Shown here one piece after another: positions 56,396 to 64,000 of a stretch of 64,000 nt of DNA. The notes under the pieces are model-generated. The model did no database searches and was not told the origin of the DNA. It was given only the letters and a program-made list of their open reading frames with translations. Source of the stretch: an uncultured bacterium (GTDB taxonomy: Bacteria > Patescibacteriota > Microgenomatia > UBA1400 > PJMF01); the NCBI GenBank assembly GCA_903842795.1, contig CAIMNJ010000013.1:5302-69301 (forward strand), given 5' to 3'. The first letter of the stretch is position 1, and the number at the start of each line of letters is the position of its first letter. The position numbers and the translations under genes are program-made.

Positions 56396-57805
56396 ATGCA
56401 AGAAAAAACTGATCCTATACCTGCTGAAACCAAAAAAGCAGAAAAAACAGTATACATTTGTAACCTTTCCGAAGACGTTTGGCCATTTATCGAAGCCATC
56501 AGTGATGATCATGCTCGCGCTCTAGAAATAGACGAGAACGCCAATTTGTCTGATCGTGATTTGTTTACCAATTCCGAAGAAAGCGACTTGGTTTTTATTA
56601 GTCCTAAGCCTATCAATGAGGCTTTTGTTCAATATTACAAAAACCTTTTTGGTATTCGTAAACTCGAGATGCTTTCTCCAAGAATTCACTCCGGTGAAAC
56701 TTGTCGTGATGTCTATGAAGACAAGGAATTGTTTGAGAAATTAATTGAATTCGCTAATCACGTCAAAAAACTCACTTTGTTGAGTTATGCCACTAGTGAG
56801 CAATTTTTGACTTTGGTCAAAAAACTCAGAGATCGTGGTATCACTGTTTATACCCCAGAATCTCCAGAGGAAGAAGATGCTTGGACGGTCAACTTTTTTG
56901 GAAGTAAGTCTGGTATCCGTCAATTAGCTCAGCAAAGTGTGGCTGAAGAACCAGATTTTTTGATGGGTGATGGTTTGATTTGTGTCAATATTATTGATGC
57001 TGCCAAAATTGCCGCCAAGAAATACATCAAGGAAGAAGGTGTGGTTATCAAGACCAATAAGGGTCATTCTGGTGCTGGTGTTTTGATTTTGCGTCCTGGT
57101 GAATTACCAGATGATTATAAAGAATGTGAAAGAGCTATTTATGACATTCTCAAAAAAGATGCTTATTGGGATAAATTTCCAATCGTCATTGAGAGTTTGA
57201 TCAATGTTAATTATGCGGTTGGTGGTGGTTTTCCCAATGTGGAATTTAAGATTAGCAAGAGCGGTCGTATCGATTACTTATATTACTGTGGTTTGCGTGT
57301 CAGCAAAAATGGCGTTTTTCAAGGCGTAGAGATGAATGAAGACGTAATGAACGATCGTTTGATGACTCGTATTATTGATATGGGTTTCTTTATCGGTGAG
57401 CAATATGCTTCCAATGGCTATCGTGGTTACTATGATGTTGATCTAGTAGCTGCCAAAAATGGCGACCTCTATGTTTCCGAGTCAAATACTCGTCGCACTG
57501 GTGGTTCTCACGTTTATAAGACTGCGCTTAAGTTGATAGGTAAAGAATTCTTAATTGAGTCTTATGTATTGTCAGATAATTCTTGGAAATTCCCCAAGGG
57601 AGTTACTCCAAATTTTGAAGAATTGCTAGAAAAGTTAGATCCTGTGCTTTTTGATAAAAAAACCAAAGAAGGTATGGTAATTGCTTCTGCTAACTTGTTA
57701 AAGCAAGGACAATTGTCTTACATTATTTTTGGTGAAAATAAGAAACGTGCTTTGGAAATTGAAACCAAGGCTCATCGAATTCTTAATAAAGCCTGGACGA
57801 AATAG
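56396..57805 (+). CDS. ATP-grasp-fold protein (putative peptide/amide ligase)
   Basis: SKSGIRQLA, VIKTNKGHSGAG, IVIES, RGYYDVD, ESNTRRTGG; start uncertain. Confidence 0.7.
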   Translation: MQEKTDPIPAETKKAEKTVYICNLSEDVWPFIEAISDDHARALEIDENANLSDRDLFTNSEESDLVFISPKPINEAFVQYYKNLFGIRKLEMLSPRIHSGETCRDVYEDKELFEKLIEFANHVKKLTLLSYATSEQFLTLVKKLRDRGITVYTPESPEEEDAWTVNFFGSKSGIRQLAQQSVAEEPDFLMGDGLICVNIIDAAKIAAKKYIKEEGVVIKTNKGHSGAGVLILRPGELPDDYKECERAIYDILKKDAYWDKFPIVIESLINVNYAVGGGFPNVEFKISKSGRIDYLYYCGLRVSKNGVFQGVEMNEDVMNDRLMTRIIDMGFFIGEQYASNGYRGYYDVDLVAAKNGDLYVSESNTRRTGGSHVYKTALKLIGKEFLIESYVLSDNSWKFPKGVTPNFEELLEKLDPVLFDKKTKEGMVIASANLLKQGQLSYIIFGENKKRALEIETKAHRILNKAWTK

Positions 57806-58574
57806 CCATAAAAAGTGGAATTTCAGCACGAGCACGATTTTCCATTTTGGCTGCTTTGCCAACACTTTCTTTATCAGATGACCATTCTTCGATTTTCTCA
57901 ATGACGAAACCAGCTTTTTGGAGCATGGCGCTGTAATCTTGCAGACTGTGGTGGAATGACCAAGTTATGTTTCTAGTTTTACTTTGGTTTCTTTCACTAG
58001 GATTCATTTCAATAGGAATTTTTAACTCAGATAGGTAACGATTAATGAAGCGATGTTGTTGTTTATTGGCGGGATCCACTCCCCAGCCAGATTGACGGGG
58101 AATACGGAAACAGGGGTGATTAAGCACAATGACTAATTGGCCACCTTTTTTGAGGTAATTGGCGGCGTTTTTGAGCACATTTTCGGTTTGCTCAATGTTT
58201 TGCAAGGCCAAAATAATAGTGGCTTTGTCAAATTTTTCTTCTCTTTCTTTGAGAAGGTTGCTTAGATCGCAAACCATGAATTCGTAATTTTGTTCGCGAT
58301 TTCTGTTTTTGGCTTCTTTAATTAATTCTTTGGCCAAATCAAGCCCAAGGTATTTTTTAATGACAGGGATTTTGCGGGACAAGATTCCCTGACCACAAGC
58401 CAGATCAACCAAAGTGTCTGTATTTTTTAGATTGAGTAAACGTAAGACTCCAGGAATTACAGTGTGTTCGTGATAATAATGGCCTTCTTTGCCAACAATT
58501 TTATTGTACCAAGGAGCAACTTTATTCCAAGAAGTATCTCTTTTTTCGTTTGTGTCTTTGTAGTTCTTTTTCAC
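57783..58574 (-). CDS. Class I SAM-dependent methyltransferase
   Basis: VDLACGQG, LGLDL, LKKGG.LVIVLNHPCFRIPRQSGW. Confidence 0.9.
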   Translation of the reverse strand: MKKNYKDTNEKRDTSWNKVAPWYNKIVGKEGHYYHEHTVIPGVLRLLNLKNTDTLVDLACGQGILSRKIPVIKKYLGLDLAKELIKEAKNRNREQNYEFMVCDLSNLLKEREEKFDKATIILALQNIEQTENVLKNAANYLKKGGQLVIVLNHPCFRIPRQSGWGVDPANKQQHRFINRYLSELKIPIEMNPSERNQSKTRNITWSFHHSLQDYSAMLQKAGFVIEKIEEWSSDKESVGKAAKMENRARAEIPLFMAISSRLY

Positions 58575-58603
58575 ATAGGTATTATATCCTATAATAAGAA
58601 AAA

Positions 58604-60364
58604 TTACTTAACAGTTACGCTTTTGGCTAAGTTTCTTGGTTTATCTGGATCTAATTTTTTGAGCAGGGCAATCTCATAAGTAAGTAATTGAGCTACGATA
58701 ATGCTTGAGAGATTGGTAAATTTTTTTGCTTGTGGTAGTTTGATAAAAATATCAAAAACTTCCTCATTTTTTTCTGCAATACCGATTACTTTAGCTCCAC
58801 GCGCTTTGACCTCATGAGCGCTACTAATCATTTCTGCCCTATTTTCTTTATTGAACAAGCAGATGACTGGAGTATCTTTTTCAATCAAAGCAATCACACC
58901 GTGTTTGAGCTCGCCAGCGCTAAAACCTTCTGCGTGTAAATAAGAAACCTCTTTTATTTTTAGGGCAAATTCCAGGGCACATGGCAATAATTGTCCACGA
59001 CCAAGAATATATAAATCATTTTTCTTACTGAGAAAGTTAGCAGTTTTTTTGATTTTTGTCATGATTTTTTGATTGGTGAGCCATTTATTTAGCTGCTGAC
59101 TAAATTGCAACACTTCCCTTTTGAAAGAAAAATCTTTTTTTTCTAAATAATGGGCGAGAGCCATACCAAAAAGTATGTGTCCAGTCAGTGCTTTGGTGCT
59201 GGCGACACCCACTTCCGCCCCGACATTGAGGGGGTAAGCGAGGTTAGCTATATTCATGAGAGTTGAACTGGGCATATTGACAACCGAAACAATAAAGACA
59301 CCTTTATTTTTCATTTGTTCAACAGTTTCAATAGTGTCTGCTGTTTCGCCACTTTGACTGAGGATGATGGCTAAATCTTTTGGTCCAAAAAGATTGTCAA
59401 AATCTGCATAATCATAGGCGGGTAAATGATAAATATTTTGTTGATGTTTGCGCAGTTCAAAAGCAATACTGGCAGCAGCATAGCTAGCAGAACCAGCTCC
59501 AACAATATAAATATTTCTTGATGACTCTATTTTTTTTGCTAATTGTGGGAATATTTTTTCACTTTTGGCTAATACTTTTTGCAAACTTTCTTTTTGTTCA
59601 TGAATTTCTTTGAGCATGAAATGGGGATAGTTGCCTTTATCAATTTCTAAGGCTTCTTGATTCATTTTTTGGAAGCTGATTTTTTTCTTAGTGAGATTTT
59701 TTGAGTCATAAGAATTGATTTTTTGGTCAGCAAAATGAATGATTTCTTGGTTATCTAAGACATGATAACTTTGACTATCATGACTAATAGAAGCTAGATC
59801 AGAAGAGAAGAAAAAACTGTCATTTTTACTTTGACCAACGATGAGTGGAGAGCCTTGGCGATAGGCCCAAACTTCGCCATTTTTGGTGAGGACGAGAATA
59901 GTGTTGCGACCAGTCATTTTTTTGATTACTTCACTAAAATTTTTCAAATTAATTTGTTCTTCACCAATGGATTTTTCTAACAAAGCTACAATAACTTCAG
60001 TGTCGGTTTCTGTTTGGAATTGATAGCCGTCTTTTTCTAATTTGTTTTTCAATTCTTGATAATTTTCTAGAACACCATTTTGGACGAGTGTGAATTTTCC
60101 ATTGCTAGCTAAGTGAGGATGAGCATTTTTGACTGTGACGCCACCATGTGTGGCCCAGCGAGTATGTCCAATGGCTATCTCGCCGCTATTAAGTTTGAGT
60201 TTTTTGACTAAGCCAATTTTGCCAATATGTTTTTCGATTTTTATTTTGCTATTTAAGGCAGCAATTCCCCAAGAATCATAGCCACGATACTCAATTCTTT
60301 TAAGACCGGCGAGAACTTTGTCAGTTGCAGAAGTATCACCCAAACAGGCGTAAATACCACACAT
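58604..60364 (-). CDS. glmS: Glutamine--fructose-6-phosphate transaminase
   Basis: MCGI, EYRGYDS, GHTRWATHG, SQSGETAD, VASTKA, GELKHG, PRNLAKSVTV. Confidence 0.98.
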   Translation of the reverse strand: MCGIYACLGDTSATDKVLAGLKRIEYRGYDSWGIAALNSKIKIEKHIGKIGLVKKLKLNSGEIAIGHTRWATHGGVTVKNAHPHLASNGKFTLVQNGVLENYQELKNKLEKDGYQFQTETDTEVIVALLEKSIGEEQINLKNFSEVIKKMTGRNTILVLTKNGEVWAYRQGSPLIVGQSKNDSFFFSSDLASISHDSQSYHVLDNQEIIHFADQKINSYDSKNLTKKKISFQKMNQEALEIDKGNYPHFMLKEIHEQKESLQKVLAKSEKIFPQLAKKIESSRNIYIVGAGSASYAAASIAFELRKHQQNIYHLPAYDYADFDNLFGPKDLAIILSQSGETADTIETVEQMKNKGVFIVSVVNMPSSTLMNIANLAYPLNVGAEVGVASTKALTGHILFGMALAHYLEKKDFSFKREVLQFSQQLNKWLTNQKIMTKIKKTANFLSKKNDLYILGRGQLLPCALEFALKIKEVSYLHAEGFSAGELKHGVIALIEKDTPVICLFNKENRAEMISSAHEVKARGAKVIGIAEKNEEVFDIFIKLPQAKKFTNLSSIIVAQLLTYEIALLKKLDPDKPRNLAKSVTVK

Positions 60365-60394
60365 AATTTTCCTTTTTCTAAATGATTGATTATT

Positions 60395-60607
60395 GTTAGA
60401 TTTTTAAATTAAGACTTTGTTGATTTGATCTTAATTTTTGATGGATGGATCTTTTTGATTTTTAACCACCCAAAGGGTCTCCGTAGATGCTCTGTTTGCA
60501 ATTTTTGTTTTGCTCGCAGGTCCGATCGCGATTTTAGTTTTTGGCTTAATCGCATCCCTCTTCCTCGTCTCCTTGTTTTTTATTGCTTTAAACAAGGCCA
60601 CACGCTC
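60395..60607 (-). ncRNA. glmS ribozyme (divergent variant)
   Basis: 5' UTR of glmS: A|GCGUG cleavage-site motif, P1 CCUUGUUU/AAACAAGG, GACGAGG, AUCG, CUACGG, P2 AGAGGG/CCCUUU, P3 UGGGUGG/CCAUCCA, P4 with CAAA/ACAAA. Confidence 0.75.
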
Positions 60608-60695
60608 AAGTTGAAATGTTTTTATTTGTCCTTTCCAAGTAAGTTGCTATTACTCATAAGTATAGCACCATAAATTAAATGTTATACTTATTTTC

Positions 60696-61187
60696 ATGAT
60701 TAAATGTAACTGGGAAGATGGTAATCAAGCTTTTTTGAGACATGTTTGTGTAGATACTTTGATAATCAAAGATGGAAAAATTTTACTAAATCAAAGAGGA
60801 ACTTTTGGAGGTAAAAAGATTTTGGAATATGGAAAATGGAGCACAATTGGTGGCTTTGTGGAAAGAGATGAAACTTTAGAAGAGGCAGTAAAAAGAGAAG
60901 TTAAAGAAGAAACTGCTTGGACGATTAAAGATTTATTTTTATTGCGAATTAACGATAATCCAAACCGACCAAAAGAGGATAGACAAAATTTTAGTTTTGT
61001 TTTTGTGGCTAGTGCCGATGTAAGGAATGGAGAAAGTAATGATGAAGAAGTTTTAAATTTAAAATGGTTTGACTTAAACGAATTGCCTGTGGCAGAGGAT
61101 ATGGCTTTTGACCATTTAGAGAATATTGAGCTATATAAAAAATGGCTACAGAAAAAATTTTCATTGCCAATTTTAGGAAAAATATAA
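60696..61187 (+). CDS. NUDIX hydrolase
   Basis: GGFVERDETLEEAVKREVKEET Nudix box, MAFDH. Confidence 0.92.
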   Translation: MIKCNWEDGNQAFLRHVCVDTLIIKDGKILLNQRGTFGGKKILEYGKWSTIGGFVERDETLEEAVKREVKEETAWTIKDLFLLRINDNPNRPKEDRQNFSFVFVASADVRNGESNDEEVLNLKWFDLNELPVAEDMAFDHLENIELYKKWLQKKFSLPILGKI

Positions 61188-61188
61188 C

Positions 61189-62040
61189 ATGTGGATTTTT
61201 TATTCTGCTTTGATGTTTTTGTTTTCTAATGCTTTATATTTGCTAATTCGTTTGGCGCAAAAGAAAAATATTCCAATTAGTTTTTATTCGATTGCTATGT
61301 TTTTAGTGCCAAGTATCATTTATTTTTTTGCAGCAAGTTTGACGCACACGTCATTGGTGCTTAGTTTACAAGATTTTTTATTAGTTATTTTTTCTGCATT
61401 TTTTTGGAGTTTTCTTGGAAATTTTTTCTCTCAAAAAGCAATTCTTTTGGCAATCAATCCGGGTTATAGTTTAATTTTGCAAAAAAGTTATGTGGTTTTG
61501 ACTACAATTTTTGCGGTGTTTTTATTTAATGCTAGTTTTAGCTGGCAAAAATTTATTGCCATAATTTTCATTTTATTTTTTTCAATTCTAATTTCCGCTT
61601 CTCCAAAAAATAAGATAGGTCAAGATAAAAAGTGGATTTATTTTTCTTTATTAGCTAATCTTTGTTATACCTTTGGATCATTAATTTCTAAGTACTTTTT
61701 GAATATTGGCTTGGAACCTTTTGTTTATCTTTTTTACATCAATCTTTTTGTGGCGATTTTAAATATTTTTAATTTTAGAAACCAAAAAATCAAAAATATT
61801 TTATCTAAGAAACAAGTGTTTCTAGTTATTTTGATTGGAATTTTTGGGACAGCTTTTAGTTTTTCTCAGCAAATTGCCTACAGATTTGCTCCAAACATTG
61901 GCTATGTTTCAGCCATCAATGTCTCCTCAGTGATGAGTGTGACATTTTTATCAAGCTTCTTCTTTAAAGATGATTTATCCAGGTCAAAAGTAGTTGGAAT
62001 TGTAGGTGTTTTGGCAAGCTTATTTTTCTTAGTACTATAA
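61189..62040 (+). CDS. DMT/EamA family transporter
   Basis: About 10 TM helices in two repeats (NPGY / NIGY). Confidence 0.8.
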   Translation: MWIFYSALMFLFSNALYLLIRLAQKKNIPISFYSIAMFLVPSIIYFFAASLTHTSLVLSLQDFLLVIFSAFFWSFLGNFFSQKAILLAINPGYSLILQKSYVVLTTIFAVFLFNASFSWQKFIAIIFILFFSILISASPKNKIGQDKKWIYFSLLANLCYTFGSLISKYFLNIGLEPFVYLFYINLFVAILNIFNFRNQKIKNILSKKQVFLVILIGIFGTAFSFSQQIAYRFAPNIGYVSAINVSSVMSVTFLSSFFFKDDLSRSKVVGIVGVLASLFFLVL

Positions 62041-62337
62041 ATTTTCTTTGCCCCAATCATGTAAGATTTTAATGATGGGTAGGAGCGACTCGCCTTTTTT
62101 GCTAAGCTCATATTTAACGTGAGGAGGATTTCCTCCAAGAGTTTTGCGAGTGATTAGCTTGGCTTTTTTTAACTCTTTAAGTTTTTCAGAAAGAACTTTG
62201 GCAGAGATTTGACCGATGGTTTTTTTAAGATCGTTGAAGCCAGTTTTTTCTTCAGTTAAGTGCCATAAAATAACTAGGCTCCATTTGCCACCGAGTTGGT
62301 TAAGAAATTCTTGGAGAGGGCATTTTTTGTTTTTCAT
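62035..62337 (-). CDS. HxlR-family wHTH regulator with N-terminal Cys
   Basis: CP....LGGKW, IS.KVLSEKLKEL, PPHVKYELS.KG. Confidence 0.92.
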   Translation of the reverse strand: MKNKKCPLQEFLNQLGGKWSLVILWHLTEEKTGFNDLKKTIGQISAKVLSEKLKELKKAKLITRKTLGGNPPHVKYELSKKGESLLPIIKILHDWGKENL

Positions 62338-62350
62338 AAATTGCTTTTGA

Positions 62351-62370
62351 TAGTTACTTTTTAGTACCTA
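62351..62370. promoter_or_regulatory. Possible HxlR-family operator
   Basis: TAGtTACT-TTTT-AGTAcCTA imperfect inverted repeat between the divergent regulator and LUD genes. Confidence 0.5.
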
Positions 62371-62435
62371 CTTTATTTTTGTTACTACATAGTTTATTGT
62401 ATATCCATCATTAAATATTAACAAGGAATGAGACT

Positions 62436-63044
62436 ATGTTCGATCATGTTGCCAAAAGAAAAGATCTCGAAGCTATTGCTGTCAAGATGAATGAAAGAAA
62501 TTTTGAAGTGGAGATTGTTTCTACAAAAAAGGAAGCACTTGAAGCAATTAAAAATTCTTTACCAAATGGAGCAGAAGTGATGACCGGTTCTTCTACTAGT
62601 CTCAAAGAAATTGGCTTGATGGATTATTTATTATCCAAAGAATCGAAAGTCATATCAATCCAAGAAAAAATCAATCAAGAAAATGATGAAAGCAAAAGAC
62701 AAGATATGCGTCGTAAAGCAGTGACGGCAGATTATTTTGTAGCTAGTGTGAATGCCATCACTGAGGATGGCATTCTAGTGGCTGTCGATGCTACAGGTAG
62801 TCGCGTAGGAGCGATGCCCTTTGCAGCTAAGAAATTAATTATTGTTGTGGGTGCACAAAAAGTGACTAAGAATGTTGAAGAAGCAATGGAGCGTATTAGA
62901 GAATATGTTTTTCCACAAGAAAATCAAAGAGCAATGGTAGCCTATGGGATGGGCAGTATGTTTGGTAAATGGATAATTCTTGAGCGAGAGGCTTTTCCAG
63001 CAAGAGTTAAAGTGATTTTGGTAGAAGAAGCCTTGGGTTTTTAA
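62436..63044 (+). CDS. LUD-domain (lactate utilization/LutC-like) protein
   Basis: GSSTSL.EIG, ADYF.ASVNAITEDG, DATGSRV, VVGAQKV, LVEEALGF. Confidence 0.85.
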   Translation: MFDHVAKRKDLEAIAVKMNERNFEVEIVSTKKEALEAIKNSLPNGAEVMTGSSTSLKEIGLMDYLLSKESKVISIQEKINQENDESKRQDMRRKAVTADYFVASVNAITEDGILVAVDATGSRVGAMPFAAKKLIIVVGAQKVTKNVEEAMERIREYVFPQENQRAMVAYGMGSMFGKWIILEREAFPARVKVILVEEALGF

Positions 63045-63108
63045 ATAGTTTTAAGATTGCTTATTTTGGTAGTTTATAATAAGCTTTGTACACTTTTAAA
63101 AAACATAT

Positions 63109-63570
63109 ATGAAACAAAAAATCACTACCCTCTTGATTGTAATTTTAATTGCAGGACTCATGTCTTTAGTGGTTGTTGGTAGCAATAAAAAAGAACAACA
63201 AGCCAATGATCAGAAATTAGAAGCCATCAAAAATGGTGAGCCAATTTTTTATTTTGGTGCCACCTGTCCTCATTGCAAAGATGTGGAAAAGTGGTTTGAA
63301 GAAAATAAAATAGAGGAAAAAATCAAATTTACCAAAAAAGAAGTTTGGAACGATCGTCAAAATGCTGCTGAGCTTGGCAAAGTTGCCGCTAGTTGTAATT
63401 TAGATGTTAATAATATTGGAGTGCCATTTTTGTACGCTGACCAAAAATGTCTAATTGGTACACCTGATATTATTAAGTATTTTTCAGAAAAATTAGGCAT
63501 TGAAGCAACTCCAGAAGCTACGGTTTCAGGATTGGGCTCAGAAGGGACTCCAAGTGCAGCTACTAAGTAG
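63109..63570 (+). CDS. Membrane-anchored glutaredoxin/thioredoxin-fold protein
   Basis: N-terminal TM, TCPHC, cis-Pro loop GVPF. Confidence 0.85.
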   Translation: MKQKITTLLIVILIAGLMSLVVVGSNKKEQQANDQKLEAIKNGEPIFYFGATCPHCKDVEKWFEENKIEEKIKFTKKEVWNDRQNAAELGKVAASCNLDVNNIGVPFLYADQKCLIGTPDIIKYFSEKLGIEATPEATVSGLGSEGTPSAATK

Positions 63571-64000
63571 TTTGATTGTTTTGGTAGTTTTTTTGGCTTT
63601 GGCCCCACAAGCTCAAGCTGTTTGTCCAATTTGCACTATTGCGGTGGGAGCTGGTTTGGGATTTTCTCGTTATTTAGGTATCGATGATAGTATAACCGGC
63701 TTGTGGATCGGTGCCTTGATTCTTTCTAGTGCTTTATGGACTGCCAATTGGCTAGAAACTAAGCCATGGAAAATTCCACATAAAACCATTTTTTCCATTG
63801 TTCTTTTTTATCTACTGACTATCCCCCCACTTTTTTGGATGGGAATGATTGGTCATGATTTAAATAAACTGTTTGGAGTGGACAAGATTCTGCTAGGCAC
63901 TACTTTAGGTTCCTTAGTTTTTACTGCTGGAGTTTTTCTAGATAAATATTTACGCACACTCAATGAAGGCAAAGTTTTTATTTATTTTCAAAGAGTTATT
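63554..64000 (+). CDS. Membrane protein with CPIC motif (runs off the right edge; missed by ORF track)
   Basis: Manual translation from GTG 63554: QLLSSLIVLVVFLALAPQAQAVCPICTIAVGAGLGFSRYLGIDDSITGLWIGAL; open to window end. Confidence 0.8.
   Translation, partial: MQLLSSLIVLVVFLALAPQAQAVCPICTIAVGAGLGFSRYLGIDDSITGLWIGALILSSALWTANWLETKPWKIPHKTIFSIVLFYLLTIPPLFWMGMIGHDLNKLFGVDKILLGTTLGSLVFTAGVFLDKYLRTLNEGKVFIYFQRVI

Noticed and set aside
31368-57805. Prophage, ICE, retron or DGR
   Set aside because: No integrase, terminase, capsid, relaxase or reverse transcriptase motifs, and no TR/VR repeat pair noticed.
60425-60673. 82-aa plus-strand ORF
   Set aside because: Antisense to the glmS ribozyme leader; TTG start and no coding features.

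Overview
AT-rich bacterial chromosomal segment, most likely from a Patescibacteria/CPR (Microgenomates-like) genome. This taxonomy is inferred from gene content, tRNAs lacking CCA and many apparently leaderless genes. The left half is mostly housekeeping and metabolism: uppP, CIRCE-controlled hsp20, tRNA-Ser/Pro/Asn, an ECF-S-like + NuoF-like + [FeFe]-hydrogenase operon, MacAB-type ABC exporter, tdh-kbl, recA, rny, secG, dus, UvrD-PD(D/E)XK, rfbC, map and rpoD. After tRNA-Asn comes an accessory-rich region with orphans, surface proteins, hemerythrins, NRAMP, P-type ATPases, csoR-copA, a DEAD-box helicase and glmS. Two signals stand out. (1) Six dispersed GC-richer orphan modules (seven ORFs) are built on a shared plan: sigma70 promoter (three with an almost identical TAGKCCTATAA motif just upstream of the -35), boxA-like motif, long G-U-containing leader hairpin before a Shine-Dalgarno, small unrelated ORF, strong 3' hairpin. 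(2) A divergent glmS ribozyme has compensatory core changes and insertions. No integrase, transposase, reverse transcriptase or CRISPR-Cas system was seen. All calls are by eye from sequence motifs; no database search was run.
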